A stretch of 64,000 nucleotides of DNA from the NCBI GenBank assembly GCA_044070495.1, contig JBIPSI010000017.1, positions 67,094-131,093 on the forward strand, written 5' to 3'. The position numbers and the translations under genes were made by a program. Numbering within the stretch: the first letter of the stretch is position 1; each line of letters opens with the position of its first letter. Origin of the DNA: Spirulina sp. GTDB taxonomy: Bacteria > Cyanobacteriota > Cyanobacteriia > Phormidesmidales > Phormidesmidaceae. The notes beneath the pieces are model-generated. The model had not been told where the DNA came from. It searched no databases and was given only the letters and a program-made list of their open reading frames with translations. Positions 32,463 to 43,586 of the stretch are shown here, piece after piece.

Positions 32463-34469
32463 ATGGCTGTTGCAACCCAATCCCTAGAAGAACTCTGTAT
32501 TAATTCCATTCGCTTTTTGGCGATTGATGCCGTGGAAAAGGCGAAGTCTGGCCACCCCGGTCTACCCATGGGGGCGGCTCCCATGGCCTACGTGCTGTGG
32601 GACAAGTTCATGCGGTTCAACCCCAAGAACCCCCAGTGGTTCAACCGAGATCGCTTTGTGCTGTCGGCGGGCCACGGCTGCATGTTGCAATACGCCTTGC
32701 TCTACCTAACGGGCTACGACAGCGTCACCCTGGACGACATCAAACAGTTCCGCCAGTGGGGCGCTCGCACCCCCGGTCACCCCGAAAACTTTGAAACCCC
32801 CGGTGTGGAAGTGACCACTGGCCCCCTCGGTCAGGGCATCGCCAATGCCGTCGGTTTGGCCATGGCCGAGGCTCACCTCGCCGCCAAGTTCAACAAGCCC
32901 GACACCACCCTGGTAGACCACTACACCTACGTCATCCTGGGCGACGGCTGCAACATGGAAGGGGTGTCTGGGGAAGCCTGCTCCCTGGCGGGTCACCTGG
33001 GCTTGGGCAAACTGATCGCCCTCTACGACGACAACCACATCTCCATCGACGGCTCCACCGACATCGCCTTTACCGAAGATGTAGCCAAGCGGTTTGAAGC
33101 CTACGGCTGGCACGTTCAGCATGTTGAAAACGGCAACACCGACCTAGAGGCCATTGCCAAGGCCATCGAAGCCGCCAAGGCCGTGACGGATCGTCCCTCC
33201 ATGATCAAAGTCACCACCACCATCGGCTACGGTTCCCCCAACAAGCAAGACACCGCTGGTGTCCACGGTGCCGCCCTGGGTGCCGACGAAATCAAGCTCA
33301 CCCGCGAAAACCTGGGCTGGAGCTACGGCGATTTTGAAATTCCCGAAGACGCCCTCAACCACATGCGGAAAGCCGTCGAACGTGGGGCCACCCTGCAAGC
33401 CGAGTGGGAAGCTACCCTAGTAGCCTACCGCACCAAATATGCTGCCGAAGCCGCCGAGTTTGAGCGGATGCTCTCTGGCCAACTGCCCGAAGGCTGGGCT
33501 AATAGCCTGCCCACCTACACCCCGGCAGACAAGGCCCTGGCCACCCGGAAAAACTCCGAGATGACCTTGAACGCCCTGGCTCCCGCTCTGCCCGAACTGA
33601 TTGGCGGTTCCGCCGACCTCACCCACTCCAACCTGACGGAGCTGAAGGTTTCCGGCAACTTCCAAAAGGGCGCTTACGAAAATCGCAACCTGCGCTTCGG
33701 CGTTCGGGAACACGGCATGGGCGCGATCTGCAACGGCATCGCCTTGCACAACTCTGGCCTGATTCCCTACTGTGCCACCTTCCTGGTGTTTGCCGACTAC
33801 ATGCGGGCAGCGATTCGCCTTTCCGCCCTGTCCCAGGCTGGGGTGATCTACGTGATGACCCACGATTCCATCGGCTTGGGCGAAGACGGCCCCACCCACC
33901 AGCCCGTGGAAACCATCGCCTCCCTGCGGGCCATCCCCAACCTGCTGGTGATTCGCCCCGCCGACGGCACCGAAACCTCCGGTGCTTACAAGGTGGCCGT
34001 AGAGCACCGCAAGACCCCCACGCTGATGGCCTTTAGTCGTCAAAACCTGCCCAACCTGCCCGGTGCCTCCATCGAGGGTGTGGCCAAGGGAGCCTACGTG
34101 GTGGATGACTGCGACGGTACCCCCGACCTAATTCTGATCGGCACGGGCAGCGAAGTGAGCCTCTGTGTGGATGCCGCCAAGGAACTGCGGGCCGCTGGTA
34201 CTAAAGTGCGCGTGGTTTCCATGCCCTGCTGGGAACTGTTCGATGCCCAGGATGCCGCCTACCAAGAATCCGTGCTGCCCAAGGCCGTCACCAAGCGCCT
34301 TGCCGTGGAAGCCGGAATTACCATGGGCTGGTGCCGCTACGTGGGTGCCGAAGGTGATGTCATCGGTGTGGATCGCTTTGGGGCCTCCGCCCCCGGTGGC
34401 CTGGTGATGGAGAAGTTTGGCTTCACCGTGGAAAACGTTGTCAGCCGTGCCAAGGCTCTGCTGGGCTAG
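32463..34469 (+). CDS. tkt: Transketolase
   Basis: [22 protein letters not shown] motif, GEDGPTHQP. Confidence 0.98.
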   Translation: MAVATQSLEELCINSIRFLAIDAVEKAKSGHPGLPMGAAPMAYVLWDKFMRFNPKNPQWFNRDRFVLSAGHGCMLQYALLYLTGYDSVTLDDIKQFRQWGARTPGHPENFETPGVEVTTGPLGQGIANAVGLAMAEAHLAAKFNKPDTTLVDHYTYVILGDGCNMEGVSGEACSLAGHLGLGKLIALYDDNHISIDGSTDIAFTEDVAKRFEAYGWHVQHVENGNTDLEAIAKAIEAAKAVTDRPSMIKVTTTIGYGSPNKQDTAGVHGAALGADEIKLTRENLGWSYGDFEIPEDALNHMRKAVERGATLQAEWEATLVAYRTKYAAEAAEFERMLSGQLPEGWANSLPTYTPADKALATRKNSEMTLNALAPALPELIGGSADLTHSNLTELKVSGNFQKGAYENRNLRFGVREHGMGAICNGIALHNSGLIPYCATFLVFADYMRAAIRLSALSQAGVIYVMTHDSIGLGEDGPTHQPVETIASLRAIPNLLVIRPADGTETSGAYKVAVEHRKTPTLMAFSRQNLPNLPGASIEGVAKGAYVVDDCDGTPDLILIGTGSEVSLCVDAAKELRAAGTKVRVVSMPCWELFDAQDAAYQESVLPKAVTKRLAVEAGITMGWCRYVGAEGDVIGVDRFGASAPGGLVMEKFGFTVENVVSRAKALLG

Positions 34470-34495
34470 GTTGGCCCCATTTAGTCTGGGCGCAG

Positions 34496-34588
34496 CCCTC
34501 ACCCCCAACCCCTCTCCCAGGAGGAGAGGGGAGCCGGAAATGGCTTTCAGAGTCTGTCTCCCCAAGGAAGAGGGATTTAGGGTGAGGG
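34496..34588. repeat. CCCTCTCCC/GGGAGAGGG-type palindromic dispersed repeat
   Basis: CCCTCACCCC..CCCTCTCC..GGAGAGGGG...GGGTGAGGG; related copy at 47205-47291. Confidence 0.75.
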
Positions 34589-34630
34589 TTGGATCGTGGC
34601 AAAAGAGCTTGTTTGTGATCTACTGAAGCT

Positions 34631-34668
34631 AAAAAACAGCCTAGGAGTAAAACTTCTAGGCTGTTTTT
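34631..34668. terminator. Bidirectional intrinsic terminator between tkt and sigD
   Basis: AAAAAACAGCCTAGGAG TAAAA CTTCTAGGCTGTTTTT. Confidence 0.85.
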
Positions 34669-34742
34669 GTTAATGATGTCACCGTTTTATATCGGATCTT
34701 GGTTGACCTACGTCCAGTGTGGATGGGCGGTGGAACCTTACT

Positions 34743-35699
34743 CTAGCTAGCAAGGTATTCACGGATATCGGACTGGCGTTTGCGTAGCTTGGTCAGGGCT
34801 TCCCGTTCAATTTGGCGTACCCGTTCACGGCTAATGGAAAGGCGATCTCCAATCTTAGCTAGGGTCATGGTTTGGCCATCGGCTAGACCAAAGCGTAGGG
34901 AAAGCACCTCTCGCTGTTGGGGAGTAAGTTCGCCCATCAAGCGCTCTAGGTCTTGACGCAGGGAGGTTTGAGCGGCAAACTCTTCGGGGGAGGGGCCATC
35001 ATCCTCTAGCAGTTCAACCAGTTCGGTGTCCTGGTTGTCCCCGACCTTAAGATCGAGGGAAAGCGGTTGACGAGCCTTTTCCAGATAGTCCCTGACCTGT
35101 TTGGTGGTGAGGTCGCACTCCGCCGCTAGTTCAGCCACGGTGGCGGCTCGGCCATGCTTTTGGGCGAGCTGGCGCTGGGCTTTCTTGAGCTTATTGAGCT
35201 TTTCGGTAATGTGAATGGGCAGGCGAATGGTGCGGCTTTTCTCAGCAATGGCGCGGGTGATGGCTTGGCGAATCCACCAGTAGGCGTAGGTGGAAAAGCG
35301 ATAGCCCTTGGTAGGGTCAAATTTTTCTACCCCCCGCTGCATACCAATAGTGCCCTCCTGGATCAAGTCCAGCAGATCAACGTTGCGCTTGATATACTTC
35401 TTGGCCACAGAAACCACCAGACGCAGGTTGGCTTCCACCATTTTGCGCTTGGCCATTTCGCCGTCCCGGATGGTGCGCTTCAGATCCGCTAGGGAAAGCG
35501 AAGCTGCTTCCGCCCATTCTTCCAAGCTTAAGACCTGTCCAGTCGCTTCCTCTAAGTCCCGCCTTTGGGCTTCTAGTAAAGACAGGCGCTGCACCTGCTT
35601 ACCCAGGACAATCTCTTCCTCGTGGGTAAGAAGGGGAACCCGACCGATTTCCTTCAGATAAGTACGCACCAAGTCGGTGGAATTCTGCAACGTCTTCAT
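34743..35699 (-). CDS. sigD: Group 2 RNA polymerase sigma factor (SigD/RpoD3 type)
   Basis: [66 protein letters not shown]1 motif upstream. Confidence 0.85.
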   Translation of the reverse strand: MKTLQNSTDLVRTYLKEIGRVPLLTHEEEIVLGKQVQRLSLLEAQRRDLEEATGQVLSLEEWAEAASLSLADLKRTIRDGEMAKRKMVEANLRLVVSVAKKYIKRNVDLLDLIQEGTIGMQRGVEKFDPTKGYRFSTYAYWWIRQAITRAIAEKSRTIRLPIHITEKLNKLKKAQRQLAQKHGRAATVAELAAECDLTTKQVRDYLEKARQPLSLDLKVGDNQDTELVELLEDDGPSPEEFAAQTSLRQDLERLMGELTPQQREVLSLRFGLADGQTMTLAKIGDRLSISRERVRQIEREALTKLRKRQSDIREYLAS

Positions 35700-36008
35700 G
35701 GCAGGAGAGACCTAAACGGTAAGGAGGAGTTTGAGTGGCCCTTAGGCCAAAGCTGGCTAGGCAAAAATGAGCCAAAGCAAGAAACCCTAAATTTGGGAGA
35801 AAGGAACCCTAGCCCTAGGGCGAACTGAAAAAGTAGGCGCTGGCTATTCCTCGGTGGGGTTGGAAAAACCGATGGAGTAGCAAAACCGACGCTTGAGTCA
35901 ATCACCAGCAGAACCGCATCAGTGGAAATAGTCCTAATTCAACAGACCTAAAATCACCCTCTGGGGAAGCCGGGGGAGTGCTGAACCCAGGGCAGCCCCA
36001 TGACACCC

Positions 36009-36140
36009 TTAGGGACGGCGGTTATCGACCGGGATGGGGATGGGAACTTCTTGATGGGTGACCTCAGGTTTGCGGTTGAGGACTAAGTAGGCCGCACCGC
36101 AGGCAATTAGAGCACCGTAAATTAACGTTTGAATATCCAT
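36009..36140 (-). CDS. 43-aa single-TM small protein (not in ORF track)
   Basis: MDIQTLIYGALIACGAAYLVLNRKPEVTHQEVPIPIPVDNRRP*, translated by hand; hydrophobic helix then PIPIPV; promoter-like motif just upstream. Confidence 0.65.
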   Translation of the reverse strand: MDIQTLIYGALIACGAAYLVLNRKPEVTHQEVPIPIPVDNRRP

Positions 36141-36162
36141 GGCATCAACAACCTGAATCTTT

Positions 36163-36180
36163 TATGTAAACAAGTGTAAC
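36163..36180 (-). promoter_or_regulatory. HLR1 (RpaB-binding) direct repeat overlapping a -10-like TACACT
   Basis: Minus strand GTTACACT-TG-TTTACATA versus consensus (G/T)TTACAWW-N2-(G/T)TTACAWW, one mismatch. Confidence 0.7.
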
Positions 36181-36495
36181 ATTTATGAAAGGAAGGGGGA
36201 ATAGTCATTCCTACTCAATTCGGATCTTTGCTGTTGCCCGAATGGTTTGCAGAATATAGCGTTTGGGATGGGTGGACTGCATCCCTTGCGACATATTTTT
36301 TGTGGTAAACCCAAAAATAATCTTAAGCTTTCGCGAGAATATTAACGATTATTACGGTTTTCTTCGCTATCCACCCAATTCCATGAGTCGCCACTCTCAT
36401 CGAACCTACCTCTCCATTGTGGTTGCAGGGCTGGCTATCGGACTCTATCGGTGGGGAGATCCCCATGGTAAAGGTTTGGAGGGCTAGGCAGAGGG

Positions 36496-39400
36496 CTAAA
36501 CGGAGAGGACGATTTGAGACCCCTGGGCTGTCTTGGTGATATCGAGGCGGGTAGGAAATGCCTCCCGCAGATGGGGAATATGGGTGACCGCTAGGATGCA
36601 GGCAAAGTCGTCGGCGATGGCGTTGATGGCGGCGATGAGATGGTCGCACCCCTGGGGATCTTGACTGCCAAACCCCTCATCCACGATCAGCAGTTGCAGG
36701 GCCAACCCCGACCGCTGGGCTAGAATTCGCGCTAGGGCAAGCCGCAGGGCAAAGTTAATCCGAAAAGACTCGCCGCCGGAGTAGGTTTCGTAGGGGCGGG
36801 TGCCCTGGGCATCGGCAATCAGAATGTCGAGGGTCTCAATGCGTTTATCTTGGCGACCTTTGCTGGCCCGTTGGGTGACAAACCGCAGGTGGAGTTGGTG
36901 GTGGCTGAGTCGCCCCAGGATGTGGTTGGCCTCCGCCTCTAGCTGGGGGAGAACATGTTCAATCATCAGCGCCTGAATGCCCTTGCGGCCAAAGGCGAGG
37001 GCCAATTCTTGGTAGACCCGTTGGCGCTGGCGAGTGGCGGCCAAAACCTGCCGCTGTTGGTGGATCTGTTGTTGAAGGGCATCGTGGTGCCGTCGGGCTT
37101 GGGCCACAGCGCCGATTTGGGCCAGGATCTGATCTCGCCGCCGCCGCAGGTGGGTCAGGCGTTGGCCCAGGTTCTCTAGATTCCCTGGATCCTCCCCCTG
37201 GACAGAGAGGTTGGTCTGGAGGTTCTCAATCTTTGCGGTAAGGGTAGTGAGGGTTTGCTGCTGTTCCTGCTGCTGGCGATGCAAATCGGCCCAGCGCCGC
37301 TCTAGCCCAGGATAACGCTGGCGGGCCAGTTCCAAATCCCGCTGCCGACTGCGCCATGCTTGGGCTTTCCCCAGGGCAAGGCGCACCTGTTGATACTGGG
37401 CTAGGTCTGCCTGGAGAGGGTGCAAACGGGTCTGGAGGGCCTGTATTTCCTGGGCCATTGGCCCCTGATCTAGATCGGCCTGCTGGGTTTCTAGCTCGGC
37501 TAGGGTGTGCTCCAGGTGGCGCTGTTGTTCCCGCAGACGGCGCTGGCGATCTTGGGCCTGGGTGAGGTCGTGCTGTTTGAGATCGGCCCAGCGCAGGCGG
37601 TTCACCTGTCCCCGTGCGAGGGCGTGATCCCGTTCGTCGTAGGCGAGTTGGCGCAGGGTGTGATCAATCTGGCGTAGTTCGGCCTGAAGGTCGGGGGCAT
37701 AGTCGCATGCCTGGAGGGTGCGCTGAAGCTGGGCACAATCCGATTCCAAGGTTCGCAGGCGTTGCTGCACCGAAAGGTGAGAGGCGCGCTGGGCATCGAT
37801 CTGGCCCTGGCGATGGAGCACGGGGCCATAGAGGGCCAATTCTGCTTCCACCGCCCGATACTCCTGCCGCAACACCTGAATTTCGCGCTCCGAGGCGGCC
37901 AACTGCTCCCGAATCACCCAAATCTGATCCTGTAAGTCCTGCTGCTGCCGTCGATGACGGTCGATGACCACGGATCGGTGGCGGCGGTCTAGGGAGTGGT
38001 CGCAGAGGGGACAGAGGGCGTCGGGCTGGTCTAGCATCGAAAGCTTCTGGCCAATTTCGGCCATCTGGGTTTCGCAGTCCCGTTGTTTGGCCTGGAGGGT
38101 AGCCACAAAGCTGCGCCGTTCTAGCCCTTTATCCCGCACCTGCTCTTGGTACGCCTGCCGTTGGGCGAGATAGCTCAGGGTTTGCTCCACCGCCTGGGCC
38201 GACACCTCCAGGGGCAGGTGTTGAGCCTGCTGCTGGCGCAACTGATCTAGGGCGACTTGGGCTTCCTCCAGACGGGTTTGTAGGCGGGTTTCCTGGCGCT
38301 GAAGCTGGGCTTGAAGGTGCTGTTGACGCTGCCGCAATGGCCCCACCTGAAGCTGCAACGCATCCAAATGCTTTAGCCGCGCCTTAGCCACCGCCAACTG
38401 ATCGCAGGCCGCCTTAACATTGTCAGTTTGGTCGAGGGTTTCGGCCAGTTCGTGGCGCTGGGCCAGCACCGCTTCTAGCTGGCTCTGGGCCTTCTGCTGC
38501 TTGGCTTGAATCGATTGGGCCTGAGCCTGATAGTCCCGTGTTAGGGTTTCCAACTGATGTTGCCAAGTCTGGGCATCTTGGAGCCGCTGACTGAGATCGT
38601 GATCGTCCCGTTCTAGGGCCTGTAGGGTGATCAGACCAGCGGTAATGGCAGACTCCGAAGCGAGGTGCTGTTGACACTGTTGAATGTCCGTGGCTGCTGT
38701 GGCCAGGGCCGCCTGGGTTTGTTGATGCAGCGCCAGCAATTGCTCCCGCTGCTGCTCGTAGAGTTGCCGCTGTTCCTGGTATTCCCGGCGGCCCTGTTCT
38801 AGGGTTTGGAGGTGCCGGATCTGGGCCTGGGTCTCGGCGATGTCTTGATCCACTGCCTGAAGATCGGCCTCTAATTGGGGCTGGGTCTGTAGAGTTGCGT
38901 CATCCCGGGCCAGGGTGGAGGCCAACTCGTCTAGGTGCTGGGTGCGTAGGGCCACATCCGCCTTGGCTTGGCGGGCCTGTTCCCGCGCCCGTTCGGCCAA
39001 GAGGTCGTAACGGTCGAGCTTGAGCAATCGGGCTAGCACCGCCTTGCGTTCGCTGGGGCGCTTCAGCATAAAGGCGTCGGCCCCGCCCTGACGCAGGTAA
39101 GCACTACTAATAAAGGTGTCGTAGTCTAGCTTGAGGTGGTGGCAGATGAGCTGCTGGGTAGCCCGAATGCTCCGCTGGGTCAAGACTCGATAGCCCTTCT
39201 CCGTCTTCACCTGAAACTCTAGCCCAGCCCCCTGCTGGCGATGGCGGCTGCGAATGACGCGATAGTGATGATCCTCCAGTTGAAACACAAAGGCCACCCT
39301 AGCCTCTAGGGCTCCTTGGTGGACGATATCGTCGTCGGTGGCGACCCGACTTTGCCCCCATAGAGCCCAACCAATCGCCTCTAGGAGGGAAGACTTACCG

Positions 39401-39504
39401 GCTCCGTTTGGCCCTGCAATACAAGCCACATGCAGACCGCTAAAATCTAAGCTAGCCTCACGGTAGCTCAGAAAATTCTTCAGCGTAATGTGCTTGGGAA
39501 TCAT
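36496..39504 (-). CDS. sbcC: SbcC/Rad50-type SMC-family ATPase
   Basis: Walker A GPNGAGKS, long coiled coil, zinc hook CPLC, YSGGE signature, VDEGFGSQD. Confidence 0.93.
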   Translation of the reverse strand: MIPKHITLKNFLSYREASLDFSGLHVACIAGPNGAGKSSLLEAIGWALWGQSRVATDDDIVHQGALEARVAFVFQLEDHHYRVIRSRHRQQGAGLEFQVKTEKGYRVLTQRSIRATQQLICHHLKLDYDTFISSAYLRQGGADAFMLKRPSERKAVLARLLKLDRYDLLAERAREQARQAKADVALRTQHLDELASTLARDDATLQTQPQLEADLQAVDQDIAETQAQIRHLQTLEQGRREYQEQRQLYEQQREQLLALHQQTQAALATAATDIQQCQQHLASESAITAGLITLQALERDDHDLSQRLQDAQTWQHQLETLTRDYQAQAQSIQAKQQKAQSQLEAVLAQRHELAETLDQTDNVKAACDQLAVAKARLKHLDALQLQVGPLRQRQQHLQAQLQRQETRLQTRLEEAQVALDQLRQQQAQHLPLEVSAQAVEQTLSYLAQRQAYQEQVRDKGLERRSFVATLQAKQRDCETQMAEIGQKLSMLDQPDALCPLCDHSLDRRHRSVVIDRHRRQQQDLQDQIWVIREQLAASEREIQVLRQEYRAVEAELALYGPVLHRQGQIDAQRASHLSVQQRLRTLESDCAQLQRTLQACDYAPDLQAELRQIDHTLRQLAYDERDHALARGQVNRLRWADLKQHDLTQAQDRQRRLREQQRHLEHTLAELETQQADLDQGPMAQEIQALQTRLHPLQADLAQYQQVRLALGKAQAWRSRQRDLELARQRYPGLERRWADLHRQQQEQQQTLTTLTAKIENLQTNLSVQGEDPGNLENLGQRLTHLRRRRDQILAQIGAVAQARRHHDALQQQIHQQRQVLAATRQRQRVYQELALAFGRKGIQALMIEHVLPQLEAEANHILGRLSHHQLHLRFVTQRASKGRQDKRIETLDILIADAQGTRPYETYSGGESFRINFALRLALARILAQRSGLALQLLIVDEGFGSQDPQGCDHLIAAINAIADDFACILAVTHIPHLREAFPTRLDITKTAQGSQIVLSV

Positions 39505-39878
39505 GGATACAAAAGCACCACTCATCCAAGTGTACAGTACGTTAGAACTTGAAGTACATTCGCTCTGGAAGGACGACTAATCCCAGGGATAGTGGGGCTG
39601 AGAAAGGTGAGGCTGAGAAGCCTAGGAGAGTCTGCCGCCTTGGTCGAATGGAGAGGCCTCATGGGTTGGTTTGCCATAATGTCGAGGACTTTACCGTCCC
39701 TGAGCTGCCGTGTTTACCGTGCAAACGCATACAATACAAACACAGCGTCTATGTCCGGCCTGCCATCAAGCCAGACGACGGATAACCTTCGTCCGCTTCC
39801 TGTGAGACGATGGATTTCGATGGTTCCCAAGCCCTCAATGCCGCCCCTCACGCCAACCCAGACCGTTACGAGTTGCCC

Positions 39879-40643
39879 GTGCTGCAAAAACTCAAACAAG
39901 ACCTCAAAAATGACTTAATTGCCGGATTGCTGGTGGTGATTCCCCTAGCCACCACTATTTGGCTCACCATCACCATTGCCAACTGGGTGGTTCGCCTGCT
40001 AACCCGTTTCCCAAAGCAGTTCGCCCCCTTCGATGGGCTCAATCCCCTCCTGGTAGACCTGATCAACCTCAGCATTGGCTTTGCCGTGCCCCTGTCCGCC
40101 ATTCTGCTGATTGGACTCATGGCGCGGAACATTGCCGGACGCTGGCTGCTGGATTTGGGTGAGCGCATTGTGCAGTCGATCCCTTTGGCGGGGTCGGTGT
40201 ATAAAACCCTGCAACAGCTCTTGCAGACGGTATTTCAAGATTCTAAAACGCGGTTTCGGCGGGTGGTGCTGGTGGAATATCCCCGCAAGGGCATTTGGGC
40301 GATTGCCTTTGTCACCGGGGCGATGACCGCCACCAACGCCCCCGCCCCCAAAATGCTGAGCGTGTTTGTGCCCACCACCCCCAACCCCACCAGTGGCTGG
40401 TATGCCGTGGTGCCCGAAACCGACGTGATTAATCTGGCCATTTCCATTGAAGAAGCCTTTAAGGTGTTGCTTTCCGGCGGCATTGTTGGCCCCAACCTGG
40501 CGGCGGCAGTGCCCCCAGAGCGGATTCAGCCCCTCAATAACCAGACCCTAACCCCAGAGGCCTCTTCCATATCCCTGGGCCAGGGTAATCAAAATTTGGC
40601 CGAGGCCGAGCAACTCTCCGTCTTGCCCCTAGACGAAGCTTGA
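39879..40643 (+). CDS. DUF502 family membrane protein
   Basis: LIAGLLVVIP, VVLVEYPRKG, VFVPTTPNPTSGW; GTG start inferred (ORF open from 39810). Confidence 0.88.
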   Translation: MLQKLKQDLKNDLIAGLLVVIPLATTIWLTITIANWVVRLLTRFPKQFAPFDGLNPLLVDLINLSIGFAVPLSAILLIGLMARNIAGRWLLDLGERIVQSIPLAGSVYKTLQQLLQTVFQDSKTRFRRVVLVEYPRKGIWAIAFVTGAMTATNAPAPKMLSVFVPTTPNPTSGWYAVVPETDVINLAISIEEAFKVLLSGGIVGPNLAAAVPPERIQPLNNQTLTPEASSISLGQGNQNLAEAEQLSVLPLDEA

Positions 40644-40747
40644 TAAGATAGCAAAGCGATATCCCAAGCAGATGGGCTGCCGTGGGGACTTCTCGGTGAC
40701 AGGGTCGCTTTGGTCTGGGATAAATTTTTATTTGGGAGGTACCTGCG

Positions 40748-41401
40748 ATGCAGGCTCGTCGTATGGCTCGCGAATTGGCATTGTTGGGCCTCAGCCAGTT
40801 GCCCGAAAAACCGAAAAAACTCCAAGAGCTTGACCTAGAGGCCATGCTGCAAGCGGCGGTGAAGACCCTCGCCGCCGAGGCCAAGGACGCCCTCGAAACC
40901 GCCTCCGACGAACTGAAGCGGGGCAGCCAGCGCCTCATGGATACGGAATTGGTGGCCACCGATCTAGAGAGCAGCCGCGCCATGGTGGGCGATGCCATTG
41001 ACCTCACGCAAACCGCCATTAACCGCTTGGCCCATGCGGTGGAAATGCCCGAATTTCTCCAAATGACCAACCAAAAAGAGGTGCGGGCCTTTGCCCTAGA
41101 ACTGCTGACCAACACTGCCAAATATCGAGCCGACGTAGATGAGGTGCTGGAATCGGCCATGGTGGCGTGGCAGCTTAAGCGCCTCGCCCGCATTGATCGC
41201 GACATTCTACGCATTGCCGTGGTGGAGATGGACTACCTCGGCACCCCCGACCGAGTGGCTATCAACGAAGCGGTGGAAATGGCCAAGCGCTACAGCGGCG
41301 AAGAAGGGTTCCGGTTCATCAACGGCGTTCTAAAACGGGTGGTGGATCGTCACACGGGTGGGGCCTCCAGCGAACCGGAGAGTCCTTCCGCTGAAGCCTA
41401 A
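40748..41401 (+). CDS. nusB: Transcription antitermination factor NusB
   Basis: RRMARELAL, RIDRDILR, AINEAVEMAKRY, FINGVL. Confidence 0.96.
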   Translation: MQARRMARELALLGLSQLPEKPKKLQELDLEAMLQAAVKTLAAEAKDALETASDELKRGSQRLMDTELVATDLESSRAMVGDAIDLTQTAINRLAHAVEMPEFLQMTNQKEVRAFALELLTNTAKYRADVDEVLESAMVAWQLKRLARIDRDILRIAVVEMDYLGTPDRVAINEAVEMAKRYSGEEGFRFINGVLKRVVDRHTGGASSEPESPSAEA

Positions 41402-41647
41402 AACCAATACTCGATGGGGATGGGCCTAATTTAGTGCCGAAACGCCCAGCCATGGCTGAGTTTTAGCCTGAGACTGCCGATTCCCAAATCCGGCTAACGG
41501 TAGGGACGAAGTCTCCTTGGCCATACCCAGATGGCCAAGTGTAACAGCAGGTTACTCGTGGGGGTGGGGTGATCGTTTATCCGGAGGATTGCGGAATACT
41601 GACAACGAAGCCTACACCTTTGCCCCCGCAAACTTGGGTTTTGCCCT

Positions 41648-43120
41648 ATGGATTGTCACCGTGCCGCACCCGCTGTGTTTAAGCATCGGCCCCACCTTCG
41701 CCGCGAACGCTTTCAAGACCTCCGTGCCCCCCGTCGGCTGCGCCTGCGGGATGCCCTGACCTGGTCTAGCCAGCGAGGACTGATGCTGATGGCGGGGGAT
41801 ATCCTTGCCCTGGCCTTGTCTTGGCACTTGGCGCGGTCGTTGAATCAGCTATTTTCGCCCATTCCGCCGCAGTTGGTGTGGTGGACGTGGCTGGGGTTGC
41901 CCAGCCTGTTTTGGGTGATGATCGCCTGCACCCTGGCGCTGTTTACCTCGGCAGGATTGTACCGATCCACCCACCACATCAAAAACTACCTCCAGGCGGG
42001 CAAACTGGTGAGCGCCATCTACCTAGCCTCCCTGGTGGTGATGTATTTCTACGACCCCAAGCTAGACCTGCCCCGATCTCTATTTTTCTCCGCTTGGATC
42101 AGCAGCGTTGGCTTTGTAGTGATAGCCCGTGTTGTGATGACCCTGGCCCTGCGACCGCTAGAAAGGCTGCACACCCCGGCCCGGGTCTTCCTGATTGCTC
42201 CGGCCCAGCGGCTGAAGCGGTTAGCGGATATTTTGGATCAGCGGGCCAAGGTGCCTGTGATTGGGGCCGCCCTGGCGTCTACGGCAAACTCAAACACCAC
42301 CTACCAGGCCATTCTGGCCTCCAAGGCCACCCTGGTACTGGCGGAAAGCATTCCCTCCGCCGACCTCGCCTCAGAACTGTATTGGAAACTGCGGCGGGCG
42401 GGCATTTCCATGCAGCTTCTCCCCACCAGCCGAGACATGCTGTACCGCCGAGGCCAGCCCGAAACCGTGGCTGGATTGCCCACCCTGCGCCTCGATGCGC
42501 CTCTAGTGGGCGGTTGGGATTACCGCGTCAAGCGCTGGATGGACTACCTGGGGGCGGGACTGGGCCTGTTGCTGTTGGCCCCCGTGTTCTTCGCCATTGC
42601 TGTGGCCATTCGCCTAGACTCTCCTGGCCCTATATTCTTCCGTCAGGAACGGGTGGGACTCCACGGCAAGCTGTTCCAGGTTTGGAAGTTCCGCACCATG
42701 GCCGCCGATGCCCCCCAGCGCCAAGCCCAGCTTGAACAACAAAACGAAACCGCTGACGGCATTCTATTTAAGGTGAAGCACGACCCCAGGGTAACGCGGG
42801 TGGGATCCCTGCTGCGACGCACCAGCCTAGACGAACTACCTCAGTTGTTCAACGTTCTCTGCGGCCAAATGAGCCTGGTTGGCCCCCGACCTCTACCCGT
42901 GCGCGATGTGGCCAAATTTGACGGTTGGCACAACATCCGTCATCAAGTCTTACCGGGGGTGACTGGGCTGTGGCAGATTTCGGGCCGCTCCGACATTGAC
43001 ACCTTCGACGATGTCGCCCGCCTCGACCTCCACTACATCGACAACTGGTCGCTTAACCTCGACCTAGCCATCCTGGCGGAAACCGTCGGTATTGTCTTCC
43101 TTGGCAAAGGGGCCTACTGA
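41648..43120 (+). CDS. Undecaprenyl-phosphate sugar phosphotransferase (WcaJ/CpsE family)
   Basis: KFRTM, DPRVTRVG, SLDELPQLFNVL.GQMSLVGPRP, PGVTGLWQ, DLHYIDNWS. Confidence 0.93.
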   Translation: MDCHRAAPAVFKHRPHLRRERFQDLRAPRRLRLRDALTWSSQRGLMLMAGDILALALSWHLARSLNQLFSPIPPQLVWWTWLGLPSLFWVMIACTLALFTSAGLYRSTHHIKNYLQAGKLVSAIYLASLVVMYFYDPKLDLPRSLFFSAWISSVGFVVIARVVMTLALRPLERLHTPARVFLIAPAQRLKRLADILDQRAKVPVIGAALASTANSNTTYQAILASKATLVLAESIPSADLASELYWKLRRAGISMQLLPTSRDMLYRRGQPETVAGLPTLRLDAPLVGGWDYRVKRWMDYLGAGLGLLLLAPVFFAIAVAIRLDSPGPIFFRQERVGLHGKLFQVWKFRTMAADAPQRQAQLEQQNETADGILFKVKHDPRVTRVGSLLRRTSLDELPQLFNVLCGQMSLVGPRPLPVRDVAKFDGWHNIRHQVLPGVTGLWQISGRSDIDTFDDVARLDLHYIDNWSLNLDLAILAETVGIVFLGKGAY

Positions 43121-43211
43121 GTCGAGTTGATCACACTCGCCCAGTTCTGTCTATTCTGATCTAACCAAGCTGGATCTAACCAAGCTGGCCCAGTCCACCG
43201 ATCAACCCTGC

Positions 43212-43346
43212 TTAAGCCAGGGCTTGGGGGCCTTCGGTAGCGCTCACTTCCTGGGCAGAGCGCTCTAACATCGTGGCACGGCGCTGTTGCTGTTGTTGGC
43301 GGGTGCGGACGACAAGGCGACGGGCAGCATCTTGGGTGAAATTCAT
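43212..43346 (-). CDS. 44-aa GifA/IF7-like glutamine synthetase inactivating factor (not in ORF track)
   Basis: MNFTQDAARRLVVRTRQQQQQRRATMLERSAQEVSATEGPQALA*; resembles the IF7 core (AR.L..R......R...ML.R.A.E); AGGAG SD. Confidence 0.7.
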   Translation of the reverse strand: MNFTQDAARRLVVRTRQQQQQRRATMLERSAQEVSATEGPQALA

Positions 43347-43363
43347 AGTGATCTCCTAAAAAC

Positions 43364-43379
43364 TGTGCTCAAAGTTACA
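43364..43379. promoter_or_regulatory. NtcA-like site downstream of a -10 box, in a repressor position
   Basis: TGTG-N8-TACA (one mismatch to TGTA-N8-TACA); minus-strand TACAAT at 43395-43390. Confidence 0.55.
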
Positions 43380-43586
43380 GAATGACCCTATTGTAACCTG
43401 AGTTCGGGGTAAGCCGATGGAGGAAGGGCGAGGTCAAGCTTGAGAAAAGGCTGCTTGGTCTGATGGCGGTAGGCAATCAAGCCACAGACACCATGGACTA
43501 TCAAGTTGACGGGACTGCGATGCCTAGCTAACCGTACCCTACGGAGTCTTCCATTTCAGTCGCCCCACCGACTCAGGGGAGACAGA

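Noticed and set aside
36496..39504. SMC-like defence system (e.g. Wadjet/Lamassu)
   Set aside because: The zinc-hook SbcC architecture and absence of partner genes fit a housekeeping sbcC.
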